Position numbers and translations under genes: made by a program. A stretch of DNA of 64,000 nt from Lingula anatina. Its lineage: Eukaryota > Animalia > Brachiopoda. Shown here piece by piece: positions 52,901 to 64,000 of the stretch. Every line of letters begins with the position of its first letter. Position 1 is the stretch's first letter. Location: positions 6,448,001-6,512,000 of the forward strand of contig CM120640.1 in assembly GCA_051362555.1 (NCBI GenBank), written 5' to 3'. Under the pieces are notes generated by a model that saw only the letters and a program-made list of their open reading frames with translations, searched no databases and was not told the origin of the DNA.

Positions 52901-54758
52901 TTTATAACTAAAATATCTACTAACGTTTTAGTGATAGTCATAACTAAATTTGGAAGAAAAAAAAGCATTGAAACAGCTACATTTCACTCTTATCACAAGG
53001 CCATAATGAGGCTGAATGCCCACAGATCCAGAGGTGTTGGTAGACCTGTGAACAATTCTAACTTGAGGTAGTAATTTCTGCCCATTACCACCTAGAGTGA
53101 GAATCATTCACTATCACTAAAATGTTAGTAAATACATTAGTAAATAGAAATTATTAGAACTATTAATATTTTAGCAATCAATGTTATTGATTGCTTAAAT
53201 ATTAGGATTTGCAAATACTTACTTTCAAAATGCAAAGAAAACTAATCAACCTTTTCTCTTGAAGCAATACTTTGTTAGTAACGCCTCAAGGAGATAATTT
53301 TGAGTTGACTTTTAAAAGTGCATTTGATGAGAAAACAAAAATGAAAAATCTTGAAATCTTGAAATTAAAATTATTCAACAATTGAGGTATGTGAAACAAC
53401 AGTAGTAACCATTTTTAAGAGAGATTTGAAAACATTTATAAAGCAGTCAAGTATCATTCTTACCATTTTCCTTACTACATGAAAGGCATGCAAAAAAAAA
53501 AAACATTATATATGATCCTATGAAACAGAATATGTCATCATTGGTCCATCACGTTTATAATCCACAGCAACTAGGTCTTTTTTCTTTTAAAAATGTTTAT
53601 ATTAAATAAAAATAACAATGTCACGATGTCAATAATGAACCATTTTTTAATTTATTTTTACCTATTAATTTATTTATCTTTGTTTGTTTGTTTGTTTGTT
53701 TGTTTGTTTGTTTATTTATTTATGTTTTGCAAATACCATTAAAAGTAAAAAATGAGTGAAAGCAAAAACAACCGTTAAAGCTTTTGTGCCAGGTTACGAT
53801 CCATATATCTCGAATTTTTTAGATCCAGCAATCAATCATAGTACACTCAATCTGTACACTAGAGATATGATTAAATCAATTACCACCTTATAAATAGTAT
53901 AAAAACAATCTTCTAGTAGATAAAAAGCATTCAGATACATGTAACCCTACCTCAATATGCAAAAATGAAACAACAGATCTAGGTCAAGTGGTACTGTGAC
54001 AACATACAGGCCAAGGGCCTTTGCTCCAGCTGAGCTACATACTGAATACAGTGAAGTGAGGGAAGGTTATGTTGAATGGAGTTGGGCAATTTTCATTATG
54101 CCTTTGTGTGTTGCTGTGGGATGCACCAAGAAAGGCAGCAAATGTGTTTTCTGAAGAATATGCTACGTTCAAGCCATTCTGACGGTTTGACGCAATTCCT
54201 TTAACATGTTTGCAAATTATTAAAATGTTTGAATATTTTTTGCCTTTTCTATATTGCACTTAAACAATCCCTGTGTTGGTGAAAAAAATTGAGAGAAAAC
54301 ATTACAAATTGTAAGAATTAACTACAGTACAGTAACTTACCTTGTAGAGCTGCAATAATTCTATCCATATATCTATCATCCTTGTCCACATCAATGCATC
54401 TTAGGGCCTTCAGTGTCTCAGGTATTTCATGGGGGTTTAAATCTTTTATCACAGGAATGAGCACAATATCATTGGAAGGGTTTTCCATTTTGTCGTAAGC
54501 CTTTATCATGGCCACCCCTCTCTCCATCTCACACCACCCGTCCTTCAAAAAGTTGTTAGTTAAATAAAGCAGAACCTTTCTGGCTTCCTTCATAGCCACA
54601 TCACGGGCTTGGATTTCATTTTGACCAGGGATAATGTCCTTGTGGGCCCGAAAACAGACATAGTTGTGACTCTGTATTTCATTCACCAGAGGCTCTACCA
54701 AGTGGTCATCTTCCTCACTACTTGCCACATAAACATCCCAGTGTGGTTGTGCTATCAT
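49918..54758 (-). CDS. TIR / TRAF-type zinc finger / SH3 / SH2 adaptor protein (531 aa)
   Basis: Phase-consistent exons 54341-54758 (TIR: WDVYVASS..DIIPG..GWCEME..LIPV), 52543-52779 (CPNC..H..C and CPTGHC..H..H zinc fingers), 52046-52145 plus 51199-51732 (SH3: ELSFNTGD..NWWLV..GYVPKNFL, then Pro/Ser linker), and 50943-51043, 50502-50651, 49918-49973 (SH2: GAYLLRQ..LSV..KHYEI..FESLEQLVWFY..HRDGLNCQLTEP). Total 1596 nt. Confidence 0.85.
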
Positions 54759-55876
54759 GCTCTCTGAGTTTTCTGTCACTAGCACATGGGTGAAAGATGT
54801 AAAAACTGAAAATTCTGAAAATCTAGCTTGCAATTTCTCATTTCAAGACCATATGAAAAAAACTATTAAAATGAAGACTGAAAATCTTGTAATCAGTCAT
54901 GATTCCTGAAAACTTTCACCCATGTTAGCAAGATATTTACTCAGAAGCACCCATGGCTGAAATGAAGTAATGGACTACAATTTAACAAACTAAGAAAAAA
55001 TATTAAAAACACCATCACTACTGGTTTATATGTAAATGAAAGCCATATTTTATGCCACATCTAACAAAATCTTAATATTGCTGATTTAGACAATGATCTC
55101 TAGCAAATACTGGTAGTCTTTTAAGTTTAAAAACTGTGAAACCTTGGTGGCTACTTGTAATTTTATATGTATACTGTACAAATTTGTGCCAATACTCCCC
55201 CCCCTTTGGGGGTATGGTTTGGGGAATATATTTCTTTACCAATAAGATTACATTTATACATGTGCCAGTAAATATACTTTGAAAGCAATTATACTAGCTA
55301 CATCTACCAAAAGAAGTTTACCGGTACTTGCCATATCCTGTAAAAAGGTATATAATGGTATCTTCAAAACCATAAAGACATCCGTATGCAAATGCAGACA
55401 AAGGGACACACACATTTGCATCTTCTACCACCATATCCCTACTTAATTCAGGAACAAAACTCTTGGCCAAAAACAGAAATTCCAATGATTCATCTTGATA
55501 AAGAATTAAAGCACTCACTTTCAGAGCAAAAGTCGCAGATACACTTTATCTAAATCCACCAACTCACTTTATGTCACAAACCGCTTCCTGTAGAAGTACA
55601 ACCTACAAACAGTAGGCTACTGTATAACATGTCTACTGCTTATCCTGGTAGGAATTTTGGATAATTCATATGTTTAAAGTAAAGGAATTCTTACACAGTA
55701 AAAACATGCAATAATTAAAAAAAAACTTTTAAGCTTAAAAGCTGTCGAGGACAGTCAGGTCAGCGTTTAACGTATGTCCTTATCATAAAACTAAAGGTGA
55801 CGAATCATTATGAATTAACTCTAATTCCACTTTCGAAATCAGATTGGCTTTGACTAAGAAAAAAATTATAAATATT

Positions 55877-56130
55877 ACTTTCGTTTTCGTGATTTCAACA
55901 GTACTACAGTAGTACCAGTAAACCTACCAGTACCAGTACGTCACACGTACTTCCTAGCAGCTCGTGATGCCTTTTGATACAGAATTTAATAACTTACCCT
56001 GGCATGTCCAATTACGTTATGTGTGTAGCCAATGGCAAGATTCTACTGACAAAACAGTCGGTGAGCATGTTTGTAAACAAACAATTGCGGTTTTCGGAAC
56101 AAGATGGCGAACTGATCCTACTTCCGGGAC
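55877..56130 (-). promoter_or_regulatory. promoter / non-coding first exon of the TIR-SH3-SH2 gene
   Basis: Minus-strand donor GG|GTAAGT at ~55997, ETS site CTTCCGG at 56121-56127, YY1-like AAGATGGCG at 56101 and ISRE-like GAAAACGAAAGT (minus strand, 55877-55888). CpG content rises here. Confidence 0.5.
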
Positions 56131-58044
56131 TGAATTCAAGATACACTCAATGATTCATTGATAAGGGATAACCTCATCAAGAACTGCCAGTGCAGTGTTG
56201 TCATTGAGACCTTTGGCGCCAGTTTCGAGAAAAAGGAAAATAAGCTACGGTGCAGTACGGCTTAATCTGGCTATAACTACACCGTGTTGCCTTCAAAACG
56301 GAGATTGTGTTAGTGGTGCTAGCTCAACACAACTGTCGCATTGTTCACCGGCCGGCAGATGTTAGGCTTGCAATAAAACATTTCCTCAGTCCATCAGGTT
56401 TTGTTGTGCTTTTCCTTCAGCCAGCTTCTTGATGTTTCACCGGTGGTAGGCCTACAAATAACCAGCCTATGTGCATTGTTGGTGTATTGTAACTGTTCCA
56501 CCTCCCCATCTCTCCCCTCCCACACACATAGGCATTTAAACACGTTGTAACACGTAGGCCTACCAGCCCAAACACGTACAGTGACACAATTTCTTCTCGG
56601 TCTTCTCACTTTTCAGCCGGCACATATTGAAATCCACAGAATCCTTGAACTAACCATACATATTTCAAATTATCTTTGATTATAAAAGCCAAAATTCTGA
56701 CATGTCTTAAGTCTAAAAATATGGAATTTCGTTCAGATTATGGAACAGTTAGAAGCAAATAATAATAATAATAATAATAAAGTATTAGGTCTATCTCATG
56801 CCCTTCCCGATCTGTGTGATGAGTCCAGTATCGGTAGCATCGCGCGTCTGTAGCCTAGATAGGCCTACAAATGTAGGGCCTATTGGCACAGCACGATATT
56901 TCGGCTATGTTTCCAATAGCTGGATGAACTGTTACTGGTTTGACTGACTCTAAATTATATTTGGGAATTAGTTAAGTCCCCCATACCTTTAGTAGCTTAT
57001 TCAATAATGCAGTGTGACAAAATGTTCTCATTGTAGGCCTAGATCTAAGCCTTTGTTAACAAACTTTGGATTAAGACTCGTTACATGAACTTACATCACA
57101 AAACCAAAGCACACGTCAATACAGCACCAGCAACGTTAGGATTATGGCTTTCATCGAATTTTACAATCTAGTACCGAAAGTGTGCTTATGACTTTACAGT
57201 AGCCTATCTTACATCTAAAAAAACGAAACAGGACTTCATCTATCCCAATTTTTACTTTCATAAAATTTTGATCCACAAGCACTTTTGTTTGCATAGAGGC
57301 AATGAACATGGTCTTGAACATGGTTAAAAAGAATCATTTTGTTACGTCACGTTTTGCAATCTGAAACCGTAATCCTCTTATGGTTGGTTTTCGTAGGATA
57401 ATTTGGGTAATCTTTTTCGCTTTCTGTCTTTCTTGATTGTTTCCTCTAAATTGAATCTAGGTTCAGCATTCGATGTCTGACATCCACAGAGAGCAGCGTG
57501 ATATATCATCACTTTACATGGACAGCAAGGTCACAACTTTTTGTGTCAGTCTGCTATGTGAGAAAGAACGAAAATGAGACCTTTGTTAATTTCCTGAAGA
57601 TTGTATCCCTCATCTGCTAGGTTTGCGTGGACGCTAAGACAACGCTACAGTCTTGGGTTTTCATCGTGACGTCTGCCCTTGTGTGGATTATGACGTGATT
57701 TATCATGTCAGATGCTTTCTTTGTTTAAACTGTTTATTACGTGTCGAAAATGAGAAACTGCCCATGAATCAAGACTATGAAAGTAATACGCGCCTGACAA
57801 CGTGACTCCGAGGAATGAAGAATAACGAAAAAGCAATCTCATGAAAGATGGCTGCAGGATGCAATGATCTACATGTGGTATATCTCTGGATGTGAGGTAT
57901 AATCAACAGTGGCATATAAGATTTGTTTCTGATTTAAAACTGAAGTACTTTATTTAGGAAAACAAATGAAGACACGATTTCATTATTTTTGAGAAAATTA
58001 GGTGCTGTCTTTAATGCATATTTTCCATGTTTATATAATATTCG

Positions 58045-59109
58045 ATGAACTGTCTCAAAATGGATTCTCCCAGACTTAGATACATACGCTCTTTAAATCG
58101 TGTTAAGGAAAATGAGCTCAATCAAAAACTTGAGAAACTGTCGGTGGAAGCCGACTGTCGTTTGGAAACATTGAACAGACATCAAAGTGATTTCAGTAAG
58201 CGCTACGCCGAGCACCTGCCTGCAATGGGCTGCAACAGAAATGAGGACCTTCCGTGTCGCGGCCAGTACCTGCCACCAATACGAATGACTAGCGAGCCCT
58301 CGCTCAAAGTACACGTCAACTCTCCACAGGTGGGACGTAAACCCATATCTAGCTACGTCGAAAACTTCAGGAAGAAATCCCCAAAGCTCCCGCCCGCAGT
58401 AGACCATAATACGAGGCAAGAAAATCTCCAAGAACCGACGAGGAATCATACGAGGAACAGGACGCACCCTCTGGACAACACCGCAGACAAATTGATGCCC
58501 TTGCCCGAGAGAAAAAGACAAGATAGTTTGCGCCGTTCGTGGAGCGATGGGAGTCTTCTAGGAGAAACTGGTTTCTCCCCTAGGCCGTCTACTTCTAGAG
58601 GGTCTAACAGGGCACAGTTACTCCGAAACGAAATGACGCTGAAAAACAAGTGTCCGTTGGCGCCTATCAGAGAGAGCACAAAGACTGAACTCGAGAAACA
58701 CTCACAACAAAACACAGATCAACTGCAAGATGTCTACATAGAACTTTCCGACAACAACTCAAAATCTTTAAGGCTGAAAAGAAAGAAAACTAAACCTAGG
58801 ATCCACCTAGCTTCAAACTGCGAGGATTACTGTGATACAGATGGACCGAGCGACGCACCAACAGAGAATCCTTTCCTTCAGAAAAGAGTTTATCGCAAAA
58901 GGTTTCGGTCTCTAATCAAGGGTGTGTTTGACAAACTGAAAGTGAATAGAATTTTAGAGCAATGGCTGGAGGAGGCGGAGGAGAGGGATACAGTGGAGGA
59001 GGACCTGTTTTCCGACACTCTCCGTCAAGAACTTGAACGCTGCAGATATCTTCGCATGCCGTACGAGACTGGGGATGACGTTGATCATAATCCTGGCTTA
59101 GACTTATAA
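58045..59109 (+). CDS. uncharacterised protein, N-terminal coiled coil and C-terminal CRYLR motif (CCDC190-like?)
   Basis: Intronless 354-aa ATG ORF, far longer than background. Heptad-like N-terminus (NRVKENELNQKLEKL), disordered middle and C-terminal ELERCRYLR. The family assignment is tentative. Confidence 0.75.
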   Translation: MNCLKMDSPRLRYIRSLNRVKENELNQKLEKLSVEADCRLETLNRHQSDFSKRYAEHLPAMGCNRNEDLPCRGQYLPPIRMTSEPSLKVHVNSPQVGRKPISSYVENFRKKSPKLPPAVDHNTRQENLQEPTRNHTRNRTHPLDNTADKLMPLPERKRQDSLRRSWSDGSLLGETGFSPRPSTSRGSNRAQLLRNEMTLKNKCPLAPIRESTKTELEKHSQQNTDQLQDVYIELSDNNSKSLRLKRKKTKPRIHLASNCEDYCDTDGPSDAPTENPFLQKRVYRKRFRSLIKGVFDKLKVNRILEQWLEEAEERDTVEEDLFSDTLRQELERCRYLRMPYETGDDVDHNPGLDL

Positions 59110-61402
59110 GAGAATTTGACTTAATATGGCATGGTAAAGGATTACTCAAAATTAATAATCAGCTGCGTGCCATAAGTAGTCAAAATCAAAATCGATGCGA
59201 TATTGGCTTATTGTATAGTCTGTATATATGTAGACAAATAATTCGTGAAATGACTGTGTTGCGTGATATGGTAAGCCATATGGTAATTCTAAGTAAACTC
59301 GAAAAAAGTTTTTTTTTCGAACAACGGCGTACATGATAGAAAATATATTATATATTTATATTATAGTGAGTAAAAAAAAAGTGGGGGTGGTCTGTATACA
59401 TAGGGTGGATGAAAAACCAAAGAAACAAACAAAAACACCCACCGAATTAAGATTCTATAAGAAACCCGTAATAAAAATACAACAACGTATGATCTCTAAA
59501 TATACTGCTTCATGGTAAATATTAGGCTTCTTAGGTTGGATCCTAACTCTGGCACATATATAGACGCAATAGCTTTTATAACATGCTTAAAATTAAAAAA
59601 ATTGCAACGTCTCCTAAAAGCTTATTTAACGAAAAGAAAAGCTTATTAAACGGTCTTCATATCCATAAACTTTTATGCTGCTCTCAGTAACTTTTTCTAC
59701 AATCACTCATCTTGAACCTTCCACAAGTACATATTCCTAGACCTGGGATAAAGTCATTTTATTTCCCTCCAGTGTCTCTTCGACCACCGTTTACCATATC
59801 TTGGCTAGACAGGCTCCAATGTAGTAACTTTTGATTACCAACAGGGAATTGTCCGTCAATTCTGCCGATATACTTCAAGGATTTAGACACATTTTGTTCA
59901 TTTAATTACCTTATGTAACTTTCTTGGCGGGGTTTGTTTTCCAATTCCGATTGAAATCATAATAATTAACTGAGCAGAGGACGCAGTAGTCTGGAAGACG
60001 GTAATTATCCAAAGGACTGTAAAAAGTTTTTTCCTCATTGCTAGTTTGGACTGTAGTCTTTTTATTTAATTTATTTATTTTCACATAGTTGTTATAAAAG
60101 CCATTGAGTCAAATCTTTTATGTGCCAGGACTATACTTTGTGGTTCTGGTAATAGGTATTTTATCAAATTATACAGGGCAATATTTTGGGAATTAAGATT
60201 AAGAGTTCGGTTGATTTCTTTTCTTTAGTCTCTACCTGGCAAAATCAATCCCATCCCTTCATAACAAGGCACATTTATTTGCTGCCACGAGCCCTTGCAC
60301 AATTGTGAGATAAATTACACTAAATTACGTCTCAGAAGTTTATATTACAGAAGATATTAGTACAGGTAAGCGAATTATTCGCGTGGAAATAATTGTAAAC
60401 GTCTTGTAGATTGTTTGACGGGGTGAAGTGTAGGTGCATTGTCAGAACCGTTATATGATTTATTATGCAAGAGCTGAAGCAGGTTTCTGCCTCGAGGTTA
60501 TCGGCTTAAATTATTTTTCACCCTTTAAGAAGGCTGTCGCTCTTATATTAATAAACTATAGGTAAAAACAAATTAAACGCAATTTACAAACACACCTTTT
60601 GGAAGATATAATTTTGTTCTCATATCACTGAACGTAGAATAAAAACACATTAAATTGATGTTAGAATCCGAAGCTTTTGTTGTTACTGAATAGGTTTGAT
60701 ATTACCCTGGTACGTGCATTGCGCCGGGGATAGCACTTATTAGAAGACCATTCTTTCAAGCTGTACCTTCACGCATACGCTAACTGCATTTTCAAATTGA
60801 GGGTCATTTGTCAACTAATTTTCATCTCGTGTATGAAATCCAGCAATGCTATTATTCCCAGAAAGCAATTTCACATATTCCTCAATGACAAGACAGCGAT
60901 AAGTATCACCAATATTGAAAACTGTGTGTAAGAGATATCTGGTTAACAATCACTGACTTGTGAGATGAGGTTTACCAACTGTACATAATCAAGTCGTTTT
61001 TGTTTCTTGATCTTATTTTCCCCAAGATGACAAGAAACATTTTTTTCCCCTAAAAATCGTTCTCTAGGAGAAATCCGAACTCTTTGGCAGAAATATTTCA
61101 CCCTCACTGCATAATGCCTTAATCATGCTTAATAAATGAAAATGATATTCAAATGATTAAGAAAACGTATATGCAAGAAACTGAAAGGCACAATATCTAT
61201 TCTAAATATGTATTACCTTACATCCCTACGTGTATGGGCGTAAAAAACAGGAATATTTAGAACACAGTATCCATTGATTATACGATTACATAGAATGCTT
61301 TTGCGTGTCAACGCGACTTAAAAGGTTCGACCATCTAGAGTAATCTTTCGTAGTAAGGTTGAACTGAAGTCAAATTCATTTGGAGGACAGAAAGTGCCTT
61401 GA

Positions 61403-61403
<1 letters not shown>

Positions 61404-61441
<38 letters not shown>
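61404..61441. repeat. poly(A) tract
   Basis: ~38 A residues. A similar tract lies at 34086-34113. Confidence 0.9.
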
Positions 61442-61443
<2 letters not shown>

Positions 61444-61622
61444 AGCAAACGCGATAATGTTCTACTTTATGACAAACGCCACGCCATACGATGAAAATTT
61501 AAGCACATCCCAGTCACTGCTTCTCCGAAGATTGTAAAAAGATTTAAGTACTGGTTGTATAATAAACGAAACGAAAACTCGGTGTATTTATCACATTAAA
61601 TGTGTTTTATTCCGTAGACTAA

Positions 61623-61811
61623 GGCTTCGTTCACATGCAATGTCTATTTTCTAAATTCTATTTTCTATTTGCGGCATGTCTTATGATCACGGTCTGTGCC
61701 CTGGATATCCCGCCGCGTAATTACTGGCAGCGCGAGCCAGTTACTATAAGTTACTATAAGCGCAAATAGAAAATAGAATTTAGAAAATAGACATTGCATG
61801 TGAACGAAGCC
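61623..61811. mobile_element. young PIF/Harbinger-type MITE
   Basis: Perfect 51-bp TIRs (GGCTTCGTTCACATGCAATGTCTATTTTCTAAATTCTATTTTCTATTTGCG) and TAA duplication on both sides. Confidence 0.92.
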
Positions 61812-62664
61812 TAATAAACATGCGGATTCAGACCTGTGGCCTATATACGGGTTGCCTGTGACATCATTTACTGACTTCGTTCTACGAGTCGAGTCAATAT
61901 CCTAGATGAGAAGCTAACTCCACCAAAGTGAAAAAGGTACAGCTGATACACGTTTAAGGAGTTAAAAGTTACTTTTACTCTGGGGATGTCTCGTGAGCCT
62001 TAACCTGGGTACGGTCATGCCAACAATATTTTAACATCAATCTTAATTCATTTAAAGGAGTTCATGTGAAATAAAAATGTAACAAAATAATCCAAGACTA
62101 ACATAAAAGTGACAATATCTGCGAATTTGCTTTAATTAATACAATGAACGAAGCCAAGTTGTTCTTTTGTTGTTGCTTTGCAACTGAAGTATTTCTTTTA
62201 AAGCGCAGCACGGACGGTCGGAACAATATCACAGCATGACTTCGACGGACTTGCATCTTGCAGGAAATAAGCCCTCAGATAAAACTGTTTTTTAAATACA
62301 TAAAGCCAGAGCAAAATATTTACAATTAAAAGAAATGTTAAGCTCTGCGATTGTTTTTTTTTAAAGTATGTGATACAAACTTACCGTACAAAATAGGAAA
62401 TAAAGAATCCTTTGGCCACACATTTACGCTGATACATATACTATACAATACAGGTGCTTGCCTCCAGTAAGCAAATTTTTGAATACGTAAGGGGTTCAAA
62501 TCCCTTTTTCAAATATAAACCTGAGCACAATACTGTTATCTCTGCTTTTACGCCCTTATCTTGTGTTATATTGTTATGCCCATCCTTGTGTGGGCGAATC
62601 CTCGGGTTTGCGTTCACCAAAGGCAGATTTCCCTCTGGCAGTTTTTGGTCGAACTGTGCACAAA

Positions 62665-63586
62665 TCACCGCCTTTCGGTAAAACGAGATTCGCATTCGGC
62701 AATCATTCCCTGAGCCTGTAATAAACATCATTTCAATGTAATCCGTATTTTAAAAAGAAACTAACCAATATTGCGCAACTTCTACTGTTTCTCAAACATG
62801 CGATTTACATGACTTGGTAAAGTATAACAGAATAATAATCAGTTGTAAGTGTAGATAACAGTCAGTTTTTTACTAATAGAACATTGTGGGACTCTGTGAT
62901 AAAAACGCACCCAGACATAAAATGTGGCCGCCCCAGCGCTCACATCGTGTACTTTATCTTTGCTGAATCTGGCCAGGATCTGCTTGGCTCGAAGGGCTAC
63001 ATCTACTGCAAGTTTCTCAACGTTAAACTGAGAAACCATCCGTTTCAAGCTTTCTTTACCAGTTTTGCCCATAAACGCTTGTACGGACCGCCATTCCTAT
63101 AGAAAAGATCAATTTGGGGACTATCGTTAATTACATTCCACACTAAGTGTCTAAAATTTAAACCTTAGTTTTTTCACATTTTAGCAATTGAAAAAAGACT
63201 AAAGCAACATTGAAATTAAATGTCTTTTTAATCTTCATGTAAAGCATTTTCTCAAAGATATCCTCACAGATAAGAAACATTTATAAATCACAGTAAATCA
63301 CTTACCTTCACTTGGTCTTCTGTTAACCCAAGCAAAAGGTACGATGCCACCATAACTTGATGAACAGCATCCGGCGGATTGGAATAACTCCGTATCTCAG
63401 CTATGGTCTTTTGGTCCAAATTCAGGATATCATGGCGCAGTTTTTCAATGTGTCTTAGGTGTTCTAGGACACGTTTGGCGTAAGCAAGCTCAAGGTTAAG
63501 GCTCTTGTTGTAGTTGGCAGCCTCTCCAGCTTCTATGGCCCTCTCTAACACATCCACCTCACGAACAGACATTGCTGTCACAAGAT
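62665..63586 (-). CDS. 3' exons of a gene with a dynein stalk/MTBD-like helical domain (hillarin/KY-like C-terminus?), partial
   Basis: Exons 63306-63586, 62911-63096 and 62665-62715 are phase-consistent: ...LDQKTIAEIRSYSNPPDAVHQVMVASYLLLG..EWRSVQAFMGK..VSAGAATFYVWAQGMIAE..ERR*. The 5' part lies beyond the window. Confidence 0.8.
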
Positions 63587-64000
63587 CTGCAAATGAGCAA
63601 AAGTGAACAAAATTAAATTTTGCCTCTGTTCTCATTCATTTACCTACCTATTTATTAATATACTTATATTTTCAGTATGTATTTATTGGTTGTAGGCCTA
63701 CTCGATGTGATTCAATCTTAGTACCTATGAACAGCCAGATACAGCATCTACCCTACCACCAATACCCCGTGCTTACATCACCCTTTCGCTAAACGCATTT
63801 ACTATGTTCAAACTCGACTTTGATTTTATTCTACATGTAATTTTATTGATTTATTTAATTTAATTTTAGCCACATTCCGTACAAAAATGTATTTTCTAAA
63901 CGCTTAGTAATTCTATTGCTGTATTAGTACAGGAAGATTCAAGGTAAAACACTCAAAAGAACATATATTTGTAGCTGCAAATCAAGTTAATGAGTAACGT

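Noticed and set aside
53064-53085. let-7-like TGAGGTAGTA
   Set aside because: Only the first 10 nt match and no precursor hairpin is evident.
53960-54045. tRNA-like A-box GTAGCTCAGCTGG on the minus strand
   Set aside because: No B-box or cloverleaf. At most a decayed SINE head.
58093-59149. minus-strand ORFs overlapping the 354-aa gene
   Set aside because: Antisense shadows.
1-64000. CRISPR arrays, rRNA/tRNA genes, autonomous transposons, prokaryotic TIR defence operon
   Set aside because: No regularly spaced repeats, RNA gene signatures, or transposase/RT ORFs were seen. The TIR gene is spliced and eukaryotic.

Overview
AT-rich, intron-containing animal genomic DNA with GT-AG introns, microsatellites and MITEs. 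It is probably a lophotrochozoan or mollusc-like invertebrate, which is an inference. Manual splicing gives five complete genes and one partial gene. These are an MMP21-like metalloproteinase (+, 6 coding exons, 675 aa) after a ~20 kb CpG-rich non-coding region; EDRF1 (-, 21 exons, ~1142 aa) tail-to-tail with it, as in human 10q26; PRADC1 (+, 5 exons, 198 aa) sharing a ~130 bp bidirectional promoter with EDRF1; an unusual 7-exon adaptor gene (-, 531 aa) with TIR, TRAF-type zinc fingers, SH3, a Pro/Ser linker and SH2 but no kinase; a single-exon 354 aa coiled-coil ORF with a CRYLR motif (+); and the 3' end of a gene with a dynein-MTBD-like C-terminal domain (-). The TIR-ZnF-SH3-SH2 gene is the strongest novelty candidate. 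The window also shows sharp CpG-rich and CpG-poor domains, several non-autonomous TIR elements, a template-switch palindrome and an orphan SECIS-like hairpin. All homology calls come from recalled motifs, not from database searches.
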